The position numbers were made by a program, and so were the translations under genes. Below the pieces are notes generated by a model. It was not told where the DNA came from. It saw only the letters and a program-made list of their open reading frames with translations, and searched no databases. A stretch of 63,064 bases of DNA, counting the filler, from Sphacelaria rigidula (Eukaryota): the NCBI GenBank assembly GCA_964200075.2. It is 11 parts of 11 records of this genome, joined end to end, with 100 filler letters (N's around TTAATTAATTAA, not from the genome) between each part and the next. Parts side by side here need not be neighbours in the genome. Positions count along the whole stretch, not along the records: positions 11,487 to 17,129 come from CAXNAA020025626.1; positions 17,230 to 22,872 come from CAXNAA020025627.1; positions 22,973 to 28,614 come from CAXNAA020025628.1; 8 more parts are not named here. One strand, given 5' to 3'. Below are positions 11,914 through 23,749 of the stretch, in pieces (the stretch's first letter is position 1; the number at the start of each line of letters is the position of its first letter).

Positions 11914-12423
11914 GCGTGCGATATTAGCCCAGTTGGCGCCGAAGAATTATAGTTGACCGTGTACATTCGCTTCTTGTGTGGACCATCACATTCAGATCTT
12001 CACAAGATTTTCGCACGCGCAGTACGTGTTTCGGCGTCGGCGATGGTTTGACGCGAACCACAGCACAGCTTTCCCATAAAATGGGGGCACTTGCTACACA
12101 CATGCCTTTTTTTGCACGAGGTTTCTCGGCATGGCGCCTTGGGTTGGTATTTGACCTAGGGTTAGGGTTAGGCTTAGACTTTGAAGTTTGACAAACACAC
12201 TTCAGCCATGACATTTTCGGAGCCTATCCGGGGTGAAACCCGCATCGCCTGTCTTGTGGTCACAGCAAGATTCTCAAGTGGATTAGTTGATATGCAAAAG
12301 TGAATCAATTAATGAACCCCATCTATGAGCCGGTATCCAGGTCACTCGATTCGCTCGGTACTGAAAATAGTGCGTTCGAAACCTCGGGCCCGCTGGGGTA
12401 CGGGACGTTATTCCTACCACGGT

Positions 12424-12495
12424 GCTCCGTTTCGGAAGGGATGCGTGGTTTATGGTCAAATGACTAAGACAGACAACAAATGAGTACGCCCCCGT
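12424..12495 (+). repeat. ~75-bp dispersed repeat ending in a C-run; copies at ~6978-7030, 17008-17129 (tandem), 29846-29910 (-), 46020-46092 (-), 54030-54100
   Basis: Consensus ctccgtctcgaaagggatgcgtggtcaatggtcaaatgactaaggcaagcaacaaatgagtacgccccc seen on five contigs. Confidence 0.85.
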
Positions 12496-12870
12496 CTCCT
12501 TCCCCCATTGTTGAACATGAACCTCGTATGCTGGGCGGGGCTCAAAACGAACCACGTAAGGGTCGTGGTATGTCAGAATGCATCATGATCGGGCTTGGCA
12601 GATGAAGAGGGAAGCGCAGGTTGTATTGCTGCGACGCTGACAGGCCTGTGTGTGGTTCAACTCGATGCTGTGTAGTTTGTGGTCTGGAAGATGACGCTGT
12701 TGAGTATATTGTCGATTAAAGATTGTGTTTTTTTTCACCATTCGATTATGATCCTGTACTACACGCTGTTACTGAAGTTGGGGTATGGCTGTTCTGTGTG
12801 TCTGGAATATGGCGCTGCCCCCCTCCCCCCCCCTTTTTTTTTCCTTCCGTTTTCATGGCATGTTGAGCAG

Positions 12871-13041
12871 TGGGTACGCACGAACGCGAAGGGTAGGCAG
12901 GCCAAGGGCAAGGCCCGATTGGCTCGATACGAGAGCCTGAGCCAAGAAGACGAAGCGGCTGATGCTGCCGCCCGGGCGTCCCTGGAGAGCATCTTCATTC
13001 CTCCAGGACCTGCACTGGGAACTACCGTGGTCGAGGCCAAG
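12871..13041 (+). CDS. ettA: Internal exon of an EttA/ChvD-like ABC-F protein (inter-ABC linker, PtIM region)
   Basis: WVRTNAKGRQAKGKARLARYESL...IFIPPGPALGTTVVEAK closely resembles bacterial EttA WVR...KGRQ.K.KARLAR.E.L...LFIPPGPRLG..V.E; CAG/GT boundaries, 57 codons. Confidence 0.88.
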
Positions 13042-13400
13042 GTACACCAGTATTTATTGCTTTGTTTTCATGTATGAGAGCCTCTTGCCTAGCTCGGAAC
13101 AAGTCAATCTGTCGAAGGCGGGGGGGGGGGGGGGAGGCATTGGAAGTGGGATTAAAGTACAGAGCTCCTGTCGAAGCTGTAGCTTCCGTACGGGAAACGT
13201 CGAGATACATGATATAGCAGAAGCTTGATGTGGGACAGGGAACAAGTCAAGGTCTCTGTGAAGAACCTGATGGAGGGCCTGGCAACTCCATATATTTTGT
13301 AGTTTTTAAGGCGGTATCTGATCGGATGATGCAAGTTCGTCCAATTTCAGCACGATGCCGGTGTTCACTGTACTACGCTGGGATACCCAGAATATCCCCC

Positions 13401-13450
<50 letters not shown>

Positions 13451-13488
13451 CCGCCCCCCACCCCCCCCCCCCCCCCCCCCCCCCCCCT

Positions 13489-13975
13489 AAGGGTTGCTGT
13501 CGGCTGGCAACAACGCTGTAAAACACGCCCCTCACTGCGTAAGCTAGGCAACGAGGTTACCAGGTTTTTTTTGCGGTCAACATGATAATGGTCGAATTAG
13601 ATCAGCCTATGCGGGGTGGGATAGCCTCCATTCCGCGCAAAGGGGATGACCATACTACGTGGTGTTTCACATGGTGAGCCACCCATGAGGCAGTGTGTAA
13701 CCCGTGGCTGTCTCTGGAAGTGGCGATACCAGAAAATGAAGCAACTCATTGGAAACTGTAATCTACATGCAGGATACTTGGTACGCTTCGGGCTGAACAA
13801 TCTTAGCAGGATGCTGCTCACCCCTCACGCGACTCGCCGAACATATCACGGCGCTTCGCGCTTGGTGATTGCGAGCCTGGTCCGGCGAAAACCCGGCGTG
13901 CTCCGTCCCGGCTTTGTAGGGATGCGAGGTCAGTGGTCCTATGACTACGACACATCGTGAGTACACCCCCCGCCT
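13489..13975 (+). mobile_element. ~500-bp dispersed non-coding element after a long C-run; full copy at 53203-53765, fragments at 34457-34550, 40028-40098 (-), 45941-46010 (-)
   Basis: Shared ggcaacaacgct...cactgcgtaagctaggcaac...cctggtccggcgaaaacccggcgtgctccgtcccggctttgtagggatgcgaggtc. Confidence 0.85.
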
Positions 13976-15299
13976 TCCCTTTTATCAATCGGAAGGTCGA
14001 ATGCACCATGACCGACGATATTCCGGAGTGAGATGTGCCTCTACATATGGGCCTCTCCACGTGCCATCGCTGAGTTGGTCTTTGCTTTTGTACTCTGTCA
14101 TCGTCTATCACCTTTTCTTCCCGTGGCGGACAACTCGTGTGAAGGTGTGATCGGTTGTTGAGTTCGATGATGGTTCAGAGGGGGTATTTCTGTACTACAG
14201 GTTTCTTGGGGTCCCGGCGAATTTTGCAGTACTGAGTACCCCATGATTCCTGGGGTATCGGTTGGCGAATGTACCGGCTGCCTCAGGGTCCCCGTGACCA
14301 GAAGGCGGGGTGTCGGAGTGCTCGGGGAATCGACCGCCAAAAATGTTTGGTGTTGCTGTGACGACAAATCAGTAGTATGCAGGAAACAAACGCTGGTGCT
14401 ATGTGGGGGGTGCAAAAAATAAAGAAAAAAGAGTATGACAAAAAAGCCACCTGTATCATGGCAAAAATAGTGCATGTTCAAGAAGGAACGTATGACAAAA
14501 TCACGTACAGTTCGCGTTCTCTCGCAGAGAGCGATATTGGGGGTAGTTAGGATCTTGACTGCCAAAAATATCGAGTGTATTCCAAGGTACATGGGGTACT
14601 GCCGAAAGTTCTGGGACTCTTTCAGAATGCCTGGGGTATGGACACTCCCGAAAATACCTGACCCTGTACCCAACATTACCTTCACCAGCTTCAGAGGGGT
14701 TGCTGGTTCATGCGACGCCTGAATGTTTCAGGACAAGCACATGAAGATCATTGGAGAGAGACTTATCCGCGAGGGCCTGCGCTGGCAAAAAAACGGGTGA
14801 ATAATATCGAAGGTCTGCAGTATTCTTACAACTATACGACAACTATGGGGTACATTGATGGCAAAACACTTCGAGCTGGGCCAGCGGTGAATCCCGCATT
14901 TGCATGTTACACCATAACTTATCAAGTTTCCCAAATCAGCGCGACTTGAGCATATCGCTGTGAACTGGAGACCAACCTGGTAACAAACGGCACCGCCGCT
15001 GAATTGAAAAAAAAATGACAAAAAATGTACTGCATACTATATAACCTTAACGGCGGAAGGAAAAAAAAAGAGAATATATCGGGATTTGAACTCATGATGT
15101 CCATAACTGGAGTCTCCTGCATCACTTGGATTTAAGGGGCGCGGCAATGTCACACGAAAAGAGCGACGCGGCGCCCAATTTGAGGTAGTTTTGGCCGAAA
15201 CTTCACCAGGATATCCTGGACGCGAGTGCCCACAACATTGTTCGAGGTGCAGCCGTATTCATCATTTTTTCACGGAGTTATAGCATTTTTACTGCTTTT

Positions 15300-15480
15300 G
15301 CTGAAACATCAACTCGCTCTAACTTCCATTTGTTTCTATTTTTTGTCCTCTGCACCTCCAATAACGTTGCGCTCGTTGATGATAAAAATCTCGTGTCAAC
15401 ATTTTAGCGCCTACCTCTTGGAATTACCGATCGCATCGCTAGGATTCATCAAGAAATCACCGTCAGCTGGCCCAGCTCGT
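15300..15480 (+). repeat. Dispersed repeat shared with 48738-48915
   Basis: ctgaaac.tcaactcgctctaacttcc ... gtcagctggcccagctcgt at both loci. Confidence 0.75.
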
Positions 15481-15507
15481 ATCTATTTTTTTTCTCGAAA
15501 TGTGTGT

Positions 15508-15653
<146 letters not shown>

Positions 15654-15989
15654 CGAATCCGTGGTCTCAAGGGATCCAATCCACCCATCTCTCCCCTGGT
15701 ACACATGCCTTGCATTTTGGTCTCGCGGACTGAGTCAGCACTACTTGTACTACTCCCGCACCACGTCAACCTTCGTCAACTGTCGTCCAACAAAGTCAGC
15801 CAACTACTTATATCGTTCGTTTACCCATGTACTCAAGCTGTCAACGGTGGAAATCAGATACTTGGGAAGAAAAAATCCAACGAACGTTTCTTCTTGTTCT
15901 TTTTTTTCCACGTCTTTGTGTACTATATATCGTTCTGTGGGACTTTTTTTCTGTTCCTTCTTTTCTTCAGCGAGTGTTTCAGTCTTGTT

Positions 15990-16064
15990 TTTCTCGGGTA
16001 CGTCTATCACGAGGCCACGGCTGGACCCCTGGGGGGTCAGTTGAAGTGCGACAATCAATCAAAT
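15990..16064 (+). mobile_element. Probable retroposon 3' tail ending in (CAAT)n; copies at ~17560-17652, 21070-21168, 42650-42730 (-)
   Basis: Shared cacggctgga...ggggg.cagttgaagtgcgacaatcaatcaa. Confidence 0.65.
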
Positions 16065-16073
16065 GAATAAATC

Positions 16074-16143
16074 ATCGGGAATCGAACTCAAGACCTCTTC
16101 TCCACCCTGATGGTAACAGGCGGACCATTACACCACCGGGCGC
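16074..16143 (-). mobile_element. tRNA-like Pol III head (probable SINE or tRNA pseudogene); similar at 35797-35867 (-)
   Basis: Minus strand gcccggtggtgtaatggt...gagttcgattccc gives A-box and B-box; cloverleaf imperfect. Confidence 0.55.
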
Positions 16144-17292
16144 GCGGCGGCAATACATGGTGTAACGAAGAATAGTTTCAATTGTACACAACTCTGGACG
16201 ATATGCGGTCAGTAATTGCAATGGAAAAAATGTACTGCGTAAAATATATGACTATTTCCACTATGGATCACATTTTGTCCAGGTTGTGCAATTATGTGGA
16301 AAACGTTTGGTGACCCGGTTGTATGTGTTGCGGCTCCAAAAGGTCCTGATGGCTCGACAATGGATGGGGGAAAAAAAAAAGTTCCGAAAAGCATAATCGT
16401 GGCGAAGGATGAAATTATGTAGTAAAAGAATCAAAGTGCGACAAATAAAATAATATGAAATAAAAAATAAGGATGCTGCGAGTAAGAATGCCATGTATTG
16501 GGAGTGAAACATTTTCAGGTTGGGTAAGTGTTCTTCTCACACACCGCTTGAGCCCCCTCCATAATTATTAGACTTCTGGTATTTGTGACCATTATCCAGA
16601 GATCCTGGGGTCTGGTACCTGAGCAAGTATACCGCGACTTTTTATTTCACATGTTTGAAATTTCTTGTTTGGGTTACTTGATCCTCTACGTTGCGACTAC
16701 TTGTTTGACCGTCCCGGTGAGTGAATCACCTGGGTCGTACAGTCATTTTCCAAGTGTTGATGGAATGATCCCGATTCTACATGTGTTCCACCCCCCCCGG
16801 CAGCCAAGGGGTGAAGATCATGCACTCTATCGCGTAGAACCCAAAGCGTACTCCCTGTGATGAAGATTCTTTATGTATGAGGCAAGCCCTGATAAATGGG
16901 GAAAAGCTTGACCCCCCACCACACACACACACATACACACTCCCCTCTCCCTACATCATGATCGCCGAACTGTCGGAGGTGTCTCTCTCGGGGAGTAGGG
17001 TGATCTGCCTCGAAACGGATGCGTGATAAATGGTCAAATGACTAAGGCAAGCAGTAAATGGGTACGCCCCCCCCCCCCCTCTCCGTCTCGAAAGGGATGC
17101 GTGGTCAATGGTCAAATGACTAAGGCAAGNNNNNNNNNNNNNNNNNNNNNNNNNNNNNNNNNNNNNNNNNNNNTTAATTAATTAANNNNNNNNNNNNNNN
17201 NNNNNNNNNNNNNNNNNNNNNNNNNNNNNAGAATACCGAGACCCTCGAAAAAGACGGACGGGACCGGGGCGCAGCCCCGGGTCCAGTGCGGC

Positions 17293-17530
17293 TTGTACGT
17301 CTATGTAATGAAATATTATATATACATATTTTTTACACATGCACGCTTTGACTGTTTTTGTCTTTTCAAGTGTATTCTTTTGTGTCTGTCCCACCTTCTC
17401 TGTTTTTTTTTTGGCTTGTATGTATATGTAATGAAATATTATATATATTTTTTACACATGCACGCTTTGACTGTTTTTGTCTTTTCAAGTGTATTCTTTT
17501 GTGTTTGTCCCACCTTCTCTGTTCTTTTTT
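17293..17530. repeat. Tandem duplication of a ~123-bp AT-rich unit
   Basis: ttgta.gt.tatgtaatgaaatattatatata...cccaccttctctgtt occurs twice. Confidence 0.85.
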
Positions 17531-18714
17531 TCTTCTCTTGAACGAGTGTGTCAGTTTTGGTTTGTCTCGTGTGCGTCTAATCATGTGGACAATGAGCACA
17601 ACTGGATCATGACTACCTGGGGGCTTAGTTGAAAGTGCGACCATCAATCAAATATATAAAAAATTAACGTGCGTTTGCTCGTGATCTTTGTAACGGTTTT
17701 TCATGGCCACGGGTTTTGTTTTTCTTCGGAAAAATGAAAGTCTTCCTTCCGGTGGTGTTCGGTATTGTGGGAAAAATAAAGTAAGTAAGTCACTGTCGGT
17801 GTTGAATGTTTCGATGGTGTTGGAATGCTACGCTTCGAAGTTGTTGCTGTTGAGTGAGTGAGCCGGCAGTACCCTCCAAGGCGACTTCGAGGGGTACCTC
17901 CCAAAACTTTCGACAAGATAGTACTCTTTGAAGGTGCCTGCGGGGGGTACCAATGACCACGATTCTGAACAGCATCGAAAGGGAATGTATCGCATCAAAT
18001 GCGCAGTACGGAGTACTGCGCAGATATCGGAGCGGTTTTTGAAGTGAAGACAGCAACACCACAACCACCAACAGCAACAATAACAACAACCGAAGGAAAA
18101 TTATTTATGAGAAAAAGTCCGCTCCCGTTTTTCATAAGCCCCTGCTTTTTGTAGAGTGCTTGTCCAAGTTTGATTTTTTTTTCCTTCTGTTCTGTTTCGT
18201 GCTTGGATACAGCTGGTTTCGGATGTCGTGAAATGGCCGTGGATGTCAACGCCGGCGACACACTCAATCTCCCCGACGTCGAAAAAGCTCGCGCTAAAAA
18301 TTCTGTATCTACTCAACCCATGATATTCATCTGATGCGGAACTATGGACCTTTATCCCCCACCGATCATATGTTCATGAGGTCCAGGATAGGGGACCTGA
18401 AGAAACGGGAAGCGATCTCTCAGTAATATCGGTTAGATCGCGCGCGTAGCTTACTTACCTGGCAAACTCTTTTACTGTGGTTTCAGATAGCAGCTGAATG
18501 GAACAATAGTTTTTCTTCATTTTTTTAAATGGGCATCAAAGTGTATACCGCAAGAACGTTACGTTAATCTCTGCACTGCGGAGCATTACAATCCAGTCCG
18601 GTTGTGATCGTTCTAACGTACCCAGGTTTGCGTATGGCACATCTTCCAGAGCATTTGTTCAGATCCGCAGACTCACTGTTTTTTTTTTGCTACGAAACAA
18701 AACTGGTTCCCCAG

Positions 18715-18855
18715 GCCATGATAAAGTTGAGCTCGAGAGATTTCGAAGGCGTTTTGCATCCGGTGTTCGAGGAGGACGAGCTGAAGCTCATCGTTGTCGG
18801 AGGGACGTTAGGGGCCGCCGTGGGCGTGTTCCAGCTGTTCGTATTGAACGGGTGA
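18715..18855 (+). CDS. Terminal exon of a DUF445/YheB-like membrane protein
   Basis: cag|AMIKLSSRDFEGVLHPVFEEDELKLIVVGGTLGAAVGVFQLFVLNG* fits the family C-terminal FE..L...F.EDE..LI..GG.LG...G..Q pattern. Confidence 0.78.
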   Translation, partial: AMIKLSSRDFEGVLHPVFEEDELKLIVVGGTLGAAVGVFQLFVLNG

Positions 18856-21800
18856 CGGAAATAAAAAACAGGAGGGGTTTTTGCTTTTGTTCATATCCTC
18901 GATTGGTTTTGGAGGGGATCTTTCGCGGGCCAAAGCGTAGAGCATTGGAAATGTGCACATATAAATAGTTATGATTCATGTAGAATGCTACTAACCGACA
19001 TGTTTCCCTCCCCCCTTGCTTTTGGCGGGTTGAGGGGGAGGGCAGGTCATCTTTGCCATTTCTCCTCTGAGCTCTCTCCCTGAGTGCGTTGTGGTCTTGG
19101 ACAAGGATAGCAAAGGCTGAGGGTGAGGTTTCGGCTTGATTGTCGTTTGTTGCGTGCGTGTCTTGTGTTGTGCAATTCGTTTAGTTCTTGTAGGCGTAGG
19201 GTGATATATTGGGCGGGATAGTGTCGCGCAGATGATAGGGAAATAGCGCTTCATGTTCTGGTTGTGTTTAAATTTGTCGGTGTCGACCGCGGGGTGTGTG
19301 CAAAGAGTCGGTCGGTCAGATTCACGTGTGTTCTTCCACGATTGGTTATATTCATTATGCTTTTCTTGGCGCGATGGTCGGGTGGGTCCTTCCTTTGCAG
19401 CAGTATATTCAGCTAATTCTTTGCTAGATTAAAGGCATGCATGGAGCTTACTCGTGTTGTGCAGGTTCTGTATCGCACGGCACATGTGAAGGGTAGGTAG
19501 GTATACGCCACACAATCGTGTCGTGATCTTTCCCTCGTGAGAGGATATTGGCGATGGAAGAGCATTGACACGCTTGCATTTGTGAAAGTTTAGGTTCGCT
19601 GTCCAGTTTTCGGCTGGGTTCAGGGAAGAGATGCATACACCACTATTATCGTACAGGATATGACTGTATTGTAGTGCCTGGTCGTTACGAGCGTCGGCAT
19701 GAGGCTCTTGTCTTCCGTCCCCTGGTTGTCATGAGTCCTGCATCAAGCTGATGTCATCCTCTATTCAGGTCGGACAATCAGAAGTTTAGATGGTTTTACC
19801 TGCAGCTTACCCCCGTAAGGCTATGACACGCTTGAGATTGGCGTCTGTTATCGCAGCTACGTGTTCGCTTGTCGTTTCCCCTAAGACTCTGTTGCTTTCT
19901 GACGCTCATGATGTCGGACATTCTGCATGAACGTGCGCCCGTCACATGAGCACCCGCTCGCCTGTGGCCGCACAGTGGTCTTGTGTCAAATGGTTGGAGA
20001 AGTGTCCCCATTGTTGTTTTACGTTGTCGTCAGCTCAACACTCGGCGATCTGGTTGTTTGGTCTTAATTGTGCAGCAAGATGTTGTGCATATGTCCGAGT
20101 CTGTATACGTTACTGTAGTTGTGACCTACCCGGATACATGGCCGGGGTGACTTCGGTTTTAGTACCGTACATGGATTTTAAGTCCATGTTCTCGCGTTGG
20201 TTCTTCTTGCGCTGTGCGTTAGATTTTGCACTACTAATGGATTCCGACTAGTTTTACCTCGTGCCGTCGCGCAGTCACCACGCAGTTGTTCTGTCAAGTA
20301 TGTGACGAGATGTTTTGATTGTTTCCGCCTTCAAACTCAAGCGAGGACCAGAGATTGTCCCCCCCACCCCCCCCATCCTCCCCACGTGCTCCATCCCTCC
20401 CCCATGCTGACTGAGCCCGCGTTGTTCCGCCATGGCCATTCGCATACAACGCCAGACGGTAGCCAGTCGGGCTTGCTCAAAAATGGATTCCCTCAGGAAT
20501 GTTGCTTCTCACGTTCACCCCACTTCGGTCGTTCGCTGGTAGCGTCGGAGCGATCAAACCCCCAAATTTCCTGCTAGTGAGCGTCGCTGGCCTTGCGTCT
20601 ACGAGGGCATAGGGCGGACGAGTAGTGACTGCTCATATGCACCTGGAAACCTAGAAAGAGTTGGTCATTGTTGACATTCTGTGCACCTTCGCCTGTTCGT
20701 AGTCGTGCGTTAGACATGATGCATGCATGGTCGAGTACGAGATATCATCGTGTGAGCTATAGAGGTCTGTCCGGATTGCACGGCGACCCTCTTGGCGAGA
20801 CTTTGAATCACTTGGACCAGCTCTGGCTCGTTAGCTGCTGCTGCTGCTGCTGCTGCTGTGTTACTGATGGTCGCAATGGCCCCCAATCTCATACATGTCA
20901 GAAGCATTTTCGTTGCCGGTGCTGGACCCAGATCTGAAAATCCAAACATCGACATCGATTTCGAGATTTTCATTTTCATTTTCTTCAAGACACACCCTTA
21001 CTAGGTCGCTTCTTATGGCAAACTTTAACAAAAGCGGTGAAACTGCCTTCGTTGGTCCTCCCGCATTTTGTCTCGGGTACGTCTATTGTACCATGTGGAT
21101 AATGACCACGGCTGGATCATGACTCCTGGGGGATCAGTTAAAGTGCGACAATAAATTAACCAATCAAATCCGCGTCATGCTACGCCTGAAGATAGGGCTA
21201 GGCGAATGTTGACACCTTGGAATGCCTTGCTATACTCGTTGAGGCGGTTCCAGGACACCTTTGCATTTTTCAGTGGCCGGCCGGGGTTTCTTCTTCGGCA
21301 GAACTTCTAATGAAAAAAATGCATTTTAGAATGTATTTGTTTAACTTCCAAAAACAGAAGCTGCGACCACCGGAAAAGGCAAGGGTGTCTTGGAACCGTC
21401 TCAATGAGTACAGCAGGGCATTCCATCGTGTCAACATTCGCCTAGCCCTCGTTTAGGGCGTGAGACGACGCAGAAGGGCAAAAAAAGTATGTTTTACCGG
21501 GATTGTTTTTTGCCGAAATATTGACCGTAGACCGCTTGTTGTGGTACGGGAAAGACTCTTCACGGATGCCCTTGAAGGTGGTTCAGCGCCGGGGTTTGCC
21601 GGAATACGAGCCGTGGCGGATTATACCTTCTCGAAAAGATTTGCTGTACTTACCGAGAGGATTCTAGCGCACTCTTTCGATCTCCCGTGCACCCAGTTTT
21701 ACATTGGGCTGGATCGTCGGTTTTCTGAAATAGCCCCGAAAATACCGTGTTTTTTTGGGAGATGTTAAAGTTTTGTGTGGCTTGTTGGAGAAATTGCTCA

Positions 21801-23481
21801 GTCAGTCAAAAGAAAAGTGGGCGCACTACAGATGGGAGAAGTGCGCTAGAATCCTTGTTGAAAGCATTGCAAGTCTTTCCGAGGTGGCACACTTCGCCAA
21901 GGTGCGTAATCCGGCAAAGCTCGACGCTGAATGGGTGACAACAACATTTCTCGGCATTTGTTGCAGAGGTTCTCTTTCGCAGCACATGGTGCTGCGTTAG
22001 GGTTGGCGTTATTATGTCATGACATAAACAAAGTACGTTCCAACCGTGCTTCGTTAACCGAGAAGCTTTCGGTGTGCGAGACGTTGCATCGCGAGCAACA
22101 GATGCTCGCACGACGAAGGTGCAGTGCCAGAGCTGCCAAGTGGGTGTGATGCACTACTTATCCTTTAGTAGGGCTAGAGTATCTATTTCCATGGCCCGAA
22201 GGCATCGTAAAAATTCACGGGCAGGTCGCAGCGCGCGAGGTGGCGGCGCGCAGAGTACGTGGTCGTCGTGTTTTCCGGTCAAGTTCAGCCTGTCATCCTG
22301 CGGAGTCACCTTTTTCTTCGGCTGTGCTCAGAATATGCCTCTGTTTGAACTCTGGTACTGGGCCAGAACACTCGTGTCAAATCGGAGGGGACGGCTCCGC
22401 ATCGTCGTGATACGCTACCGCAACGTTACATGATACGCGAGGACAACCTACTCTCCCCCACCACTGTGGTACACTGCCAGCTATCATGACTACACCGGCC
22501 GTGCATCATTGTGGTTGCCGCGTATTCGCGTTCCTCTGTGAAAAAAGAGAGGGAGCGGACGTGCGTTTGTGGAGTACAAATATATATATATATATATATA
22601 TTTATACGTAATATATTGTAGTTTTTCGGATTCTCAATGGGCCCTACACTTGAGCTGGGAGCCGGTGTCGAACACCCGGCCACAATTGCGCCTCGCGCGA
22701 GAATTTTTTAATTCACATTTTTTTAACCTTCATCAGTGGGAGGTGAGCCGAGACATTTGAAATGATTTCCACAAAGAGGTTTGCGCGATTTGACTTCCGC
22801 TGGCACATAACAGCCGATCCTAATTTTTGGGGTTGAAACAAAATATGAGGTTGAAGTCCAATCCCTCAATTGNNNNNNNNNNNNNNNNNNNNNNNNNNNN
22901 NNNNNNNNNNNNNNNNTTAATTAATTAANNNNNNNNNNNNNNNNNNNNNNNNNNNNNNNNNNNNNNNNNNNNCAAGTGTTTGATCTCTCGTGCACTCCCC
23001 CCAACTCGCGTGTGGTCAAGGGCCCGATCGGGGTGGCGGACAATCGACGATGAATAACACCCCCTAAGTTCATATTGGATCTATCTGGTTTTTCCATGTG
23101 TGTGACAGAGAACAGTAGTAGCGGTGACGGAAATATTGCCCTGCTTTTCAGGGACATGTTCTTCAGCACACAGAGGCGCGTGTTGTCCAAAAAGAGAGCA
23201 AGAGAGAAACTGATCTTCGCATCGATGGTGAGGTAGGTGCTCAGGCAAGACGAAGAGACTACGGGATTTCTCCGCACGTCGATGCTCTGGCATATGGAAA
23301 ATTGGCACTTGCTGGTAAGATCAAGGATGCCAGTCTCTCGAGAGTTTGGTAATCACCGCGCGGGGACACACAAAGGGCACGGGCGAGGAGCTTCCTCTCT
23401 GTCCTTGCTTCTCTCTCTGGTGATATCGTCATCGACATGCGTGTACACCGCATTTCGTTGGGTGCACCTGGCCAGAGTTGC

Positions 23482-23593
23482 TTAAGCCTTGGACCGCGGT
23501 GCCCGTAGTCCATCTGTACCACGCGTGTACTTTTTCCAAGTGAATATTGATGCCGATTCAGCAGGTGACCTACTCTCGCGGTCTGACGGTCAA
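23482..23593. mobile_element. Diverged ~100-bp piggyBac-like MITE (family of 49111-49220 and 49847-49952)
   Basis: ttaagccttggaccgcg ... cgcggtctgacggtcaa; internal aagtgaatattgatgccgattcagcaggtgacc shared. Confidence 0.7.
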
Positions 23594-23749
23594 GTCCTCC
23601 TGCGGAGTTTGGGCGGGGAAGATACTTTCGCTCTGTGTTACTCTTTCGCATCTTCCCTGCAAGAGAAAAATGCGACTTCAGCCCCATTTCAGTGTTGAAC
23701 CCCAAAAATTGAAATCGACTGTTAATTCCCAGTAACAATCGCTGACTTT

